From: Rhynchobatus australiae
Lineage: Eukaryota
NCBI GenBank assembly: GCA_034780895.1
Contig: JAUZTB010000066.1
Location: 25,105,036 to 25,168,616, forward strand
Reading direction: 5' to 3'
DNA length: 63,581 bases
A program made the position numbers and the translations under genes. The notes under the pieces were generated by a model. It was given only the letters and a program-made list of their open reading frames with translations. It had not been told where the DNA came from and ran no database searches. Shown here one piece after another: positions 12,051 through 22,499 of the stretch (the first letter of the stretch is position 1; each line of letters begins with the position of its first letter).

Positions 12051-12305
12051 GTTTGTTTAGATTTGACTCAGTTGGAGCTGACAGTTTGACAGCCTTGAAT
12101 AATTGCTCCTTCTGAGTCAGGACAGTGGAGTGGGTTGTCCTGATTTCTTCTGTGATAGTTAGGTTAGAACTCAGATTCCGGCACAATGAATCTCAACCTG
12201 TCTCTAACCTTGCCTTTATTTTCAGGATTTTAATGTTTACATACACCATTCAAGAAGCAATGCCAGCTCTTTCATTTGTATGCTTTATAGCCTTTTGGAT
12301 TTATT

Positions 12306-12351
12306 ACGAGGTTTAATAACCTTAAATCACGAGGTTTAATAACCTTAAATC
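12306..12351 (+). repeat. Perfect 23-bp tandem duplication
   Basis: acgaggtttaataaccttaaatc occurs twice in tandem. Confidence 0.9.
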
Positions 12352-12399
12352 ATAAGCACTGCTCCCAATCTTTGGACTCGCTGTTACTGGTAATGACTC

Positions 12400-12700
12400 T
12401 GCTGTCTCTGTCTGCAGCCTCTCTGAAAACATGTTTTGTTATTTCTCCACCACTTCCTTTGTCACTATCTTGCCTTTAACTGTTGAATCTCTGGTGTATT
12501 CTGCTCCATTGTAGGTCTTCCCGTTTTCTTCTTTCCTTTCCCTGTTTCTGAACTGTACACACTTAAAACTTTCTTCAGTTCTGATGAAAGGTCATTAACT
12601 TGGAACATCAGCCCCTGTTTCTCTATCCAGAGTAGAGCTGCTGAGTATTTCCAGCATTTTCTATTTTTATTCCCATTACCTATTGCATTTGGTTTTTAAT
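12400..12700 (+). mobile_element. Penelope-like element 3' end with degenerate hammerhead core
   Basis: cagttctgatgaaaggtcattaacttggaacatc..gctgctgagtatttccagcattttct. Confidence 0.6.
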
Positions 12701-13129
12701 CATCTTTCTATTCTTATGTCTTTTGAACTACTGTAACTTTCTAGAAGTATCTGACCTTTCCAGATCTTTTCTGTTTGACTATCATTCTGCTGAATGGGAC
12801 TTTATAATAGTTCTAATCCTTTCTGCTAAAAATAGCATTTTTAATATATTTGATTTTCAAGAAGTTGTTCTAATCTATCTCTGCAGTTCACACCTTTCCT
12901 TTGAAATACTAGCCAAGTTGATTTTTTAAGTGTGTAATCAAAACTTTGCTTATTTGGTGACAAACATTTCAATTCAGGCAAATGTCACCCAAACATTCCT
13001 AACTATTGAGAAAAACAGCAAGTTCGACAAATTAGCTGGGCCATAAATACATGGACTATGATTTCTTAAATATGATTTGGATCCTTTGGGCCCTTTGTGA
13101 GGATTCTTCTCACATTGTTTTAACAGAGT

Positions 13130-13245
13130 CCTGATACAGTCCTGATACCGGCAAATAAGATTGGTATAGATGGACAAAACGGTCAGCAGGGACATGGTGG
13201 ACCGAAGGGCCTGTTTCTGTGCCATATGACTCTATGAGTCTATAA
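13130..13245 (+). mobile_element. CR1/HER1 LINE 3' tail
   Basis: gacatggtggaccgaagggcctgtttctgtgccatatgactctatgagtctat is the HER1 tail with short tandem repeats. Confidence 0.8.
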
Positions 13246-14788
13246 TCACATAATGAATGTTTGAGACGAGGTAAAGGGGGAAAACACGATCATCAGACCT
13301 AATCCTTCCTTACTCTTAATGAGCTTAGGTGCTTTAGATTGTTTCTGCAAATTGGGACCAGTTTTTCCCATGTTTTGTTCCCTTTGCAAAGGTAAATAGC
13401 TGTATAGAACAATGCATAATGACCACACCACCTTTACCTTCAGGTTACTGGAATAACTTTCACTAAATATCACAACATTTTCTGCAGGTCCAAAAGCATC
13501 CATGGTGCTGACATGTAGCAACATTCTTGCAGTCTGATGACCATTGCAACATGCTGGTGTCGATGGGCTACCATTAAACTGTGCCAGCAGCCTTTGGCTC
13601 TCTGAGGAAAAAATGTGCATGAAGACCAAGACCTCAAATATGACACAGAACTCATGTTCTACTGGACTGCATTATTCCCTGTAATTCTCTACACTCCTGA
13701 GACTTCAGGAGCATAGAGGAGTCAAGTGTAAATGCAAGAAGGAGCACAACATCTCCCAAACTATATACCCAACGGCCTCTGTCAAGTACCTCCTACCCCA
13801 CCAATGATAGAATCCACAGACCCCATATTAGCTTTAGCAGCCAACTCAGAAAGCTGGAGTGGAAGCAAATCCTCATTGATCAGAGGGACTGCTGAATAAG
13901 GAGAAGAAAATTAGATTGATGTACTTTCCCTTAGAGCAGGTCAATTCATTTCAATCCATTTTATTCACTCTGCTAACATTAAAGGGGACTGGGAATTTTC
14001 AGAGTGGAAGAGTACTCTAGGGTACAAGGAACTACATCAATGTGTTACTGATTTTACATTTAAAAAAATGAAGTGTTTTAAAATGCTGGAAGAAATAAAC
14101 ACGCACAAAGACTATGGGAAGCTGCTGTGCATACAGTTGTATATTGAAGGAGTGGGCCATTTGGCCATTGTGTCTCTATCACCTCTTTGAAATCAATTAC
14201 TCCCTTTTGTATTTGCTTACAACATAGAAGGAGATCATTTGATCCATCCATGCAGGCTCTCAGAACAATCCCATCACCCACTTAGTTCCCTAGTTTCTTC
14301 TATATAGTCATCAACTTCCCCCAGTTCTCTTTCCTACCCTAAGACAAATTACAGGAGCCAATTAACCCTGCTGTGGTACTATACCAAATGTTACAGTACA
14401 GCTATCACTATTGCAGGAGATTCCTACATAAATCTTAGTGTTGGTGAAGTTGGAGATAATTATTCTACAATTTAAAGNNNNNNNNNNATCTGCTGCCATT
14501 TTCTTATAAATATCTACTTTCATTAAAGTCCTGTAACTATCCATCAGTTTCTCTTCTCATTGATTAATGTAGCCAGCATCTTCAGAACATCACCCAAAGG
14601 AGTGACCTTCAGCCATCTAAGTCTATGTCATTGACCATTGTGTCCCCTACACCTCACCGAGAGGAACAGAAACAGAGGTAATCCTGGCCAATGACTTCTT
14701 TCAGTGCAGGAAACTTACAGAGACATGACTTGATCCAACAAGGAGATTGCCATGAGTGGGATCAACTTTTTTGTACAGAGCTCTAGAC

Positions 14789-15557
14789 CTTACAATTTTT
14801 AACAATGAATGCTAAACCTCTATTTCATCTATGTTAGAGATTTGTTTCATTTATCAGTTCCCCAGATTCACAGAGGAAAATTACAGGACTGAATCTGGTC
14901 ACTTCACTCCTACCTGCATTGATTCCGGCCAGCTTGGACCGTTTATTGCAGACCAGCCTTATAGGATGGTATTAGAGAGAGAAATGTCTTGAATTGATAT
15001 AGCATTTTTGATCATTTTATGACATCTCAATGTACTGGGTTTTGTTGTAAGATCTGCGAAGACAGGTGAAGTCTTAGTTTAATGTCTCATGCAAAAGACC
15101 TCAGTACAGTAGGACACATAACTGGATACACGATTATCCTAATAGCATAAGCACCTCAGAGTCAGGTTTCATCTCCACTCTGTAGAGTTCAATACATAAT
15201 CTAGATTGTTCATTGTTGTATTGAAGGAGAGATGCACTGTAAAGGTGCCATCTTTTGCATGAGACATTAAACTAAGACTTCACCTGTCTTCTCAGTTCTT
15301 ACAACAAAACCCAGTACATTGAGGTGTCATGAAATTATCAAAAATGCTAGATAAATTCAAAATATTTCTCTCTCTAATACCATCCTATAAAGCTGGTCTG
15401 AAATAATGGTCCAAGCTGACCAGAATTAATGCAGGTAGGAGTGAAGTGACCAGATTCGGTCCTGTAATTTTCCTCTGCAAATTTGAGGAGCTGATAAATG
15501 AAACAAATCTCTTATTAAGTGGAATAGGGGTTAACCTTCATTGTTAAAAATTATAAG
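14789..15557. repeat. Long inverted repeat: arms 14789-15098 and 15251-15557, 152-bp spacer
   Basis: The right arm reverse-complements the left arm over ~310 bp with roughly 30 differences (about 90% by eye). The innermost ~41 bp are perfect (gaagacaggtgaagtcttagtttaatgtctcatgcaaaaga). Confidence 0.95.
15145..15295 (+). mobile_element. DeuSINE (SacSINE1/AmnSINE1-like) head and Deu domain
   Basis: cctcagagtcagg..ccactc..atctag..gatgcactgtaaaggtgccatcttttgcatgagacattaaac resembles the Deu-domain consensus gtgccgtctttcggatgagacgttaaac. Confidence 0.6.
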
Positions 15558-16887
15558 ATGATACAATTCAAGGCTTGGGTAAATGTGATATATGCCACAT
15601 CAGTTTGGTCTTTCCTCCAGTTCTTTCCTCACTCAATGTTGGTTCTTCTGTTTATGGCTCCAACTGAGTTTTTGCTTGGTAGAGTATGAACATTCCAATA
15701 TCAGGGTCTCTTCTCACACATAAACTGGAGGTAGGCAGCTCTCATTGCCTCTCCTGAAGAGGTTATTTCTGGCCCCACCAAATCTGTTGTCTCCCTTTGT
15801 ACTACCTTCCTGAAACATTTTAATGATTCAGACCACCTGGTTTATCAACCCTTCAACACCAACATGAGAAGTTTTGGATTATTTTACCCACTTTCGAGCT
15901 CGAATGTTAAAAGGTGCATGATAAATCAATGTGTCATTGCAAATGTAAGTAATCGATTTTCTGGTCACTTAACTCATTGTGAGACTTTGCGAAACACCTT
16001 CACATGAAGTTCTGATGAAAGATCATCGACCTGAAAAAAGTGACTTCATTTCAGAAATAAGTATTCGACTGTGAACCACTTTGGAAAAAGCCTGAGGAAA
16101 AAAGTGATTATTTTAAAGCAAATAATTCACTCTTTTTTATAATAATCTCGAACACAGAGCAACAAATCTTGCTTTTCTAGCTTCACATCTTGCACCATAT
16201 TGACACAAATAAGAATATTTGGAACTTTCTGCAGAGAATTTTGGAAAGAAAATGAGTTTTGCCTTAACTTACACTCATGGGATTTCCCAAGAATACATTT
16301 CCAAAGTTTAAAAGTTATTGGTTTAGAAATATTGTTATAAGGCAGGATCTTCCCCGTCCGTCCTTTGCGGGACGTTCACAAGATATCTATAAAGGCAATA
16401 GAAGCAAAGTTGCAGAGCTGCAGTGCGTGTCATCGCACAGCCTGGGTTCCTCCCACAGCCCTGTCCATCACACTCTATCACAGCCCTACAGGTCAACAGG
16501 GCTGTCGCTCCCAGCAATTGGCTGCTGCTCCGCCAATCCTAGTTGATCATCCCGCCCCTTTTCCTTTTTTGTCTCTTCTATTGGCTCTTTCACTCATTGC
16601 CCCGCCCCTAAGACCGCCAGTTGGCATTCCCAGCCCCGCCCCTTCCAGCAGCACCTTGGCCCCGTCCCTCCAGCTGCCAGCCTTTGCCCCGCCCAGCAAA
16701 CGGCTCGACAGCGCCCCCTGCCCGCCCCCCCTCACCACCAACTTCGGAGGAGAGGTCCGCTCCCCTTCGCCCCGCCCCTCGGGCTGTCAGTCAGCCTGGC
16801 CGCCCCACCCTCTGTGGACTGTGTGAGTAAGTGGGTGAGTGAGAGTCCCGGGCGGGCGGACGGTCGGTCAGTGCGGCGGAGCAGTGC

Positions 16888-16905
16888 ATGAGAGGCGGTG
16901 TGTGA
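16888..16905 (+). other. Short uORF (MRGGV*) in the putative 5' UTR
   Basis: ATG AGA GGC GGT GTG TGA, followed by TAG. Confidence 0.4.
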
Positions 16906-17044
16906 TAGAGGCATCGTGAGCCGGCGGGGAGTCCGATCTCGGCCGGTGCATCCCAGCGGGCTGTCAGCCCGCCAGCGGCGGTCGTCTGCCGCCAGGTGAC
17001 CTGGTGCGGGTGAGAGTGTGTCCCCCCCCGGGTCGGGGTGCAGC

Positions 17045-17089
17045 ATGCCCGCAGCGGGGCCCCCGCTCCAGCCCCAGCCCACATCATGA
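17045..17089 (+). other. uORF (MPAAGPPLQPQPTS*) whose TGA overlaps the main ATG (ATGA)
   Basis: agcATGc at 17045 has A at -3, runs 14 codons, and stops at TGA 17087-17089. The main ATG is 17086-17088. Confidence 0.6.
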
Positions 17090-17316
17090 GGAGCGCAGCG
17101 CTGCTGCTGGCTGTGCAATGGCTGTGGAGCGCGGCGCTGGCGGCGACGAGCCACGACTCGGAGTCGGTCCCTTCGGCGGAGGCAGAGGCGGAGATCGAGG
17201 TGGTTCAGTATCGGCACGGTCAGGACGGCGTGGTGGCGAGCAACAGCACCCTCCGCCTCCTGGGACACTTCGCCGGAGCCGGGATGAGAGTGGCGGCCGA
17301 GGGCAAGCTGCTGCAG
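17086..17316 (+). CDS. RNF43: E3 ubiquitin-protein ligase RNF43, first coding exon (signal peptide and start of PA ectodomain, 77 aa); remainder not found in window
   Basis: MRSAALLLAVQWLWSAALAA is a signal peptide. ESVPSAEAEAEIEVV..NSTLRLLGHFAGAGMRVAAEGKLLQ aligns from memory to human RNF43 [38 protein letters not shown], with the same phase-0 donor after Q (cag|gtaaat) and a similarly placed N-glycan sequon. Kozak A at -3; lies in a CpG island. Confidence 0.85.
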
Positions 17317-17619
17317 GTAAATAAGAGGTGGCACTTTGTGGAGAACGTGGTGCAGGTAACAGAGGGACTGAGAGAGAGCTGCGGGCAACGAGAGATTCAC
17401 AGTGAGCAGAACGGGGAGACAACTAGCACATTCAATGTAANNNNNNNNNNNNNNNNNNNNNNNNNNNNNNNNNNNNNNNNNNNNNNNNNNNNNNNNNNNN
17501 NNNNNNNNNNNNNNNNNNNNNNNNNNNNNNNNNNNNNNNNTGAGCAGAACGGGGAGACAACTAGCAAATTCAATGTAATAGAGAAATGTGTGACTATAAA
17601 ATGCTGACAATATAGATCA

Positions 17620-17975
17620 AAATGAGCTGCATGCATGGAGTGAGAAATAGAGTTTCAGGTCGATGATTCTTCATCAAAACTTTTTGTGATATAATACACT
17701 TTGGCGGAAAGAATAACAGAGGTAGTAGCGCAGATCTAAACGGTTTAGAAGCAGACCCAGACTTGTGTGTGCATAAATCTCTCAAACTGGCAGGGTGTGT
17801 TGTGAGACTGGTTAGTAGAGCATATGGGATCCTGGGATTCGTAGGTAGAGGAAGAGAATGTGAAACAAGCGATTCCGGAGGCTGGGATCTGTATTAAAAA
17901 AAACTAAACTGCAGGAAGAAATCAGGTGGTCGAGCAACATGCATGGAGGTAGTGGGATGGTTGACCTGCATCGAT
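17620..17975 (-). mobile_element. Two degenerate Penelope-terminus fragments
   Basis: gtttcaggtcgatgattcttcatcaaaact at ~17650-17680 and gcaggaagaaatcaggtggtcgagcaacatgcatggagg at ~17910-17950. Confidence 0.45.
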
Positions 17976-17984
17976 GAAGTTGTG

Positions 17985-18500
17985 TTGAATCTTTACAAAA
18001 CACTTGTTTGGCCATAGGTGCAGTATTGTATCCAGTATCAGTCATCTATCCAGGAAAGAAGCAATGATCTGAGAGAGGGTGCAGAAAAGCTTTACTAGAG
18101 TTGTTCCAGGGATAAGGGATTTCAGACTTGAGAGATAGAGAAGATGGTGCCCCTCTCCTTGAAGCAAAGAGGATTGAAAGGAGTGTTGATAGAGATGTCC
18201 GAGATCATGGCTGCTTTAGGGTAAAACAGTTGGAAGCTGTACCCATTNNNNNNNNNNNNNNNNNNNNNNNNNNNNNNNNNNNNNNNNNNNGAAGAGATGT
18301 AAATGAGAACTATCTTACCCAGAGCATTTACTGCCTTTAGAGTTGTTGGAAACAAAATAATTCTGTGCCTTCAAAAGTAAATTTGACAGACACTTAATTT
18401 GCAGGGCTGTGAGGAAAGAGCAATGATTGAAGGATTTCTGTGATAGAAATCTGCTCAGACGATGGGCCTATTCATAACAATTTTGTGCTTCTATGAAAAT
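17985..18500 (+). mobile_element. CR1/HER1 LINE 3' end
   Basis: gagagagggtgcagaaaagctttactagagttgttccagg (LERVQK.FTR..PG), ctccttgaagcaaagaggattgaaaggag and the tail gatgggccta..tctatga. Confidence 0.8.
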
Positions 18501-20819
18501 GCTATGGCTGAAAGGAGAGACTGAGAGGAAGCAAGGGACAAAACTCAGTTACTCCACCTGAAGAGTTCAGGTGCCACAGAGTGAAATTCTTTGTATTGTG
18601 GTGACTGGGAAATTCTGTGGTAAAGTTACCAATTTACCTTTAAGTATAAGAAAATGGTAAAGGCAACTGGTGCTTTGAGAAAGTGCTGGGGAATGGAAAC
18701 AGCAATATATATGCGGGGAGTGGAGACTGAGAAAAGATTCCATGTATATTGACTGATGTTTGTGAACCCTCTGCTAATCTTTCCATCACAATTAGCTATG
18801 TGATTTATTGAAAGGGAAATCTACCTGTAAAATGGTGAGCAATTTTTAAGATGTACATTGCCAATTCCAGACAATATGTTGGTCATGGTACATACGAGAA
18901 ACTGCTCATCCAGGAAGAAGATAGCTTTTTTGGAAGCTGCTTCCATTATCAATTATTTGTAATTTCTGGTATCACTGGAGACAGTACAAGTGGAATCAAA
19001 ATAATATTAGGAAGGTATGGAGATCTATTATTGCATAGTTAGGTGTACTATTACTGTAACTCGACAGAAGTGTACATTGCAGATGGAGTACCATGAATAG
19101 TAGTATTCTTGATACTGAGTAAGAACTCTGGTAAATCTCTCGGTCTCATTTGCTGTTGATGTGTTTTGTTATAGCCACCATCTAAGAAAGCAACAGTAGC
19201 TGAGTTTCTTCTGTGTTCCAAGTTAAAACTTATGTAATGCATGTGTGTGTAGTTGCATGCTGAGTACAGGATTTAGGTCAGTTTTGATACCCCAAATATT
19301 TACAGGATAATTTTTGTTTGCTTCATTGGGAACAGTTGTCTGTTTAGTGACGTGTTTGTAGTTGTTGTATTTCCATAAACTTGGAAACGGTTACATGTGG
19401 ATAGCTGTCATTTTGCCTTTTTGCAGATGTTTCATCTGACTTTGGACAATGAGTCTTTCATTCTCTGGGCATTGCTGTTTGGAATAAGGCATGGAGCTTT
19501 AAGAAAGTCCCTACATTAGTCCTGATACAGATGTTCTGCCCATGGACACCTACGCTCCCTGGAATGATTGAGTTCTTAAAGATCTTTATTTCTCGGGTCC
19601 ATTAGAAGATGAGTTTTCCTCTTGGAGCCTGGGGATTCAGATTACTTGCCAAGCTTCTACTCTTGGGGTGTTCTTCAGCTGTTAATGTTTTGTGTAGTTC
19701 TTTGCTAGTTACATTTAATATAATCTGACTTCACACATGGAATCTCTGGATTATATATCTTATTGTTTACTAGTATTGGTAGTTACGTGTTGTTGTTTAC
19801 TACAGGCAGCTCTTAACATGGGGAATAACAGTTAATGGCCTGTTCTCAGTAAATCTGTGGAATATTATTAGGTGTTCTGTTTTATCAGATGTTCCCGCAC
19901 TGGTGTATTATGGACCAAGAGCTGCTTAATAGCAATCGAGAGCTCCTCCTTCTCGCAGTGAGACCATTGTTGCCTCATTTGGGTTTAACTAATTTGCCAT
20001 AAACCGGGACATACACAGAAAGTTTTGTGTTTTGTGTGGTTCTGTTGCGCCAGACCATGGGTTGCTTGTACCCACAGAGCTGTGTTAAGTCTTTCATTTG
20101 TACGGTTTGGTGACTAAAGATCCTTCATTATCCATAAAGTTCTGGGTCATTCAGAAACATTGGAAATGTGAATTGTTTACCAAAACAAGTTTTTGGTGGA
20201 AAATAAATAGCTGAAATTAACTTAGTTATTATGCAATAAAATGCACTGCAGAGAGGGAAATCACCATTAAGTCTCACTGTATAGTGTACTTTGAATTATT
20301 GTGCAGTGTCATAAAAAGTAAATTGTCAAGGCGGCTCTTTGAAATGGACTCTACTCCAACCGTAGCAAATTCTTGTGTGTTACATCTTGCAAGTTTGTTA
20401 CTAACTAGGGACGTGTGGGAGTGTTGAGCACAAAATTTAAACTAGATTGTCAGTATCTATCACTAAAATGTCTCTATCAAAGATGTGGCTGAATTAATTT
20501 TGTATCAACCACACATCTGAATGATCAGCAAATTAACTGGTCGTTTAGATAAATCATTTGATGTTTATGGTGCTAAGTGTGCAAACCTCAAAAGACTGCA
20601 TTTAAAATAATTTCTTGATTGTGAAGCATCTTGAGGTACTTTGTGGGTGTAAATTCTTTGTCAAGTTCTTTGCTCAGGGACATGTGCACAATGCTAAAAG
20701 ATTGGTTGTGGCAGCCACTCCTTAGGCTGAATACAGGATGTATGTAATTGACTACCTAGTACATTATATGTCTGTAACTTGTTTCTTCGTGGAAAATGGG
20801 TACTCTAGNNNNNNNNNNC

Positions 20820-21030
20820 ACTGGTGTTTGGAATCTATAAACTGGGTTCAAATCTCACTTAAACTGCTAGGATGAAATTCTGCTCAGTTTACAAGCTGTT
20901 GAGATCCATTACAAAACGATTTTCAGTGGTGAGGTTAAATCTGATTTCTAAAGGGCCTGAGTTTGTTCTGCTAAATAGCCCTAATTTGGCACTGTTTGGT
21001 AAACTCATCAAGAACCTAAAGGATAGCAAG
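20820..21030 (+). mobile_element. Ancient tRNA-derived SINE (LF-SINE-like) remnant
   Basis: B-box ggttcaaatc followed by ggatgaaa..gctg..aatttggcact, loosely resembling LF-SINE. Confidence 0.3.
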
Positions 21031-21964
21031 TGCAGGAAATGAAGAAAGTGTCAGTGGTTATGAGAGGTGTTATGAGTGACAGACAGAGTATGGAAGAGGC
21101 TGTATTTTGGTCCGATTGTGCTGTAACTGCTCAAGGACTGCATGATATTGACATCAAATTACTGAAATAAGAAGAGTTCCAGCCCACATCCTTCATTTTG
21201 AGAGCAAAACATGGTTGCTGTTAAACAGGGTCTGCTTTTTACATTGAGGATCCATACTTGCGCAACATTGTTAGGACAAGGAGTCCAAACTAGGTAGTTC
21301 CCAAAGCCCAAGGGATTTGAATTGCTCAGATAAAGATTGAAAGTTTACACCATTTATACAGACAATGCACCCTGATTGTAACTTGTTGAGGCAGTATGAT
21401 AAATTGATGCGCGTTTCTTACGCGAGCCCACGTATGATGGTAGAGGGCTCTCCATCTCATGTTACCATCTTCGTAAACAGTCACATACAGTTGCAGTATT
21501 TCATACAGAGTACTTTTCAATCTCATCTCACCCAAGTGGATGTTGATTTACAGCTTGCTCTCCTGTGAACAGAATTCGTTCGATCTGTGACACAATAACT
21601 GGATACTGTGCTGGACCCGATCTTGTCTTTTTGAAACACATTAAGCATGTTAGGGAATGTTAACAGCTTTGAGAAAATTTGGCTTTCCTGTATATATACA
21701 TACTATATATTCTGTATAACTCTAGTAGTTCGAGGAATATTCCTGCTGAGGTTTGTAGGGTTACAGCTGTGTATCAGCATGTATTGTACCTGCACAGCAT
21801 GTGTCCCCATGAGGCATGACTGTAACTTCCAGAAGCACGACTCTCTTTATTTCCTTTATCCCTTCCTGTATCTGTTTGGCTTTCTAAATAATAGTCAGCA
21901 CCAACTGCATGCACTAAGGACGATTAAAATTATAATCTGATTGAAATTCTGGCAATAATATAAG

Positions 21965-22330
21965 AATTAGGAAGCTCAGTGGCACAGCCAGTAGAGCTGC
22001 TGCCTCACAGCTCCAGTAAACCACGTTCAATTCTCACCTCTGGTGCTGTCTGTGTGGAGTCTGCATGCTCTCCCTATGACTGTGGGGATTTCCTCGGGGG
22101 TTGGGGGGACCGTGGGAGGTCCGTTTCCTCCATTGTCCCAAAGACTTGTAGGTTGGTAAACTAATTAGCTCCTGTAAATTGTCCTTAGTGTGTAGGTGAG
22201 TGGTGGGATTGAAAGGGACTAATGAGAATGCGGGAAGAATAAAATAGGATTAGTGTAATGTTTAATGGTCACTGTAGTCTCGTTGAGCTGAAGGACCTGT
22301 TTCCCTGCTATAACTCTTACCATTTCTGTG
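21965..22330 (+). mobile_element. V-SINE (HE1-type), near full length
   Basis: tRNA head (gtggcacagccagtagagctgctgcctcacagctcc..gttcaattc), V domain (tgtgtggagtctgcatgctctccc..tttcctcc..cccaaagac..tgtaaattgtcc) and HER1-derived tail (gctgaaggacctgtttcc). Confidence 0.85.
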
Positions 22331-22499
22331 ACTTGAATTCCTAGTTCTGCTGGGCTCTGCTTCACGATGCTATATTGCTTGTAATGTAAACTGTTTTATG
22401 AACTGTAATGAAAGCCAATTTTTCAAACAATTTTTATTACAAACCTTGCAATCAAGTTGTCTGTCTTCATTTTATTGACATACTGCCTACATCATCAGG

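Larger units (their letters stand above)
16340..17400. promoter_or_regulatory. CpG-island, TATA-less promoter of RNF43
   Basis: Very GC/CpG-rich. GC boxes (CCGCCC) at ~16551, 16600, 16634, 16687, 16721, 16770 and 16800. CCAAT boxes in both orientations (ATTGG 16517, CCAAT 16533, ATTGG 16580). CTCF-like gcgccccctg at ~16711. Confidence 0.85.

Noticed and set aside
13246-13629. 127-aa minus-strand ORF as an exon
   Set aside because: No recognisable homology, and the internal donor and acceptor would define an implausible ~40-nt intron.
15575-15810. Minus-strand coding exon after an acceptor-like site
   Set aside because: All three frames contain stops, so it is at most non-coding.
1-16300. 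HSF5, the upstream neighbour of RNF43 in human
   Set aside because: No HSF domain or recognisable HSF5 exon was seen on either strand.
17086-17316. ZNRF3 or RNF215 as the gene identity
   Set aside because: ZNRF3 is strongly conserved here (KETAFVEVVLFESSP..AEGEIVQ) and does not match well. RNF215 lacks AEGKL.Q.
16365-17422. Multiple overlapping Pro/Arg/Gly-rich ORFs
   Set aside because: These are an expected by-product of stop-poor CpG-island sequence.
17402-17578. Direct repeats flanking N runs (also ~45810-45952, 56229-56372, 59385-59642)
   Set aside because: Each pair flanks a gap of exactly 100 N, typical of unmerged overlapping contig ends, so they are probably assembly artefacts.
17038-17607. 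189-aa ORF read as a complete protein
   Set aside because: Homology stops at the conserved donor 17316 and the remainder is intron and N. The GTG start is unnecessary because ATG 17086 begins the signal peptide.
19400-20100. Possible old Penelope body on the minus strand
   Set aside because: It only vaguely resembles a terminus and has no convincing RT or GIY-YIG motif.
21975-22045. tRNA gene
   Set aside because: The A/B-box region is the head of a V-SINE, with no complete cloverleaf.
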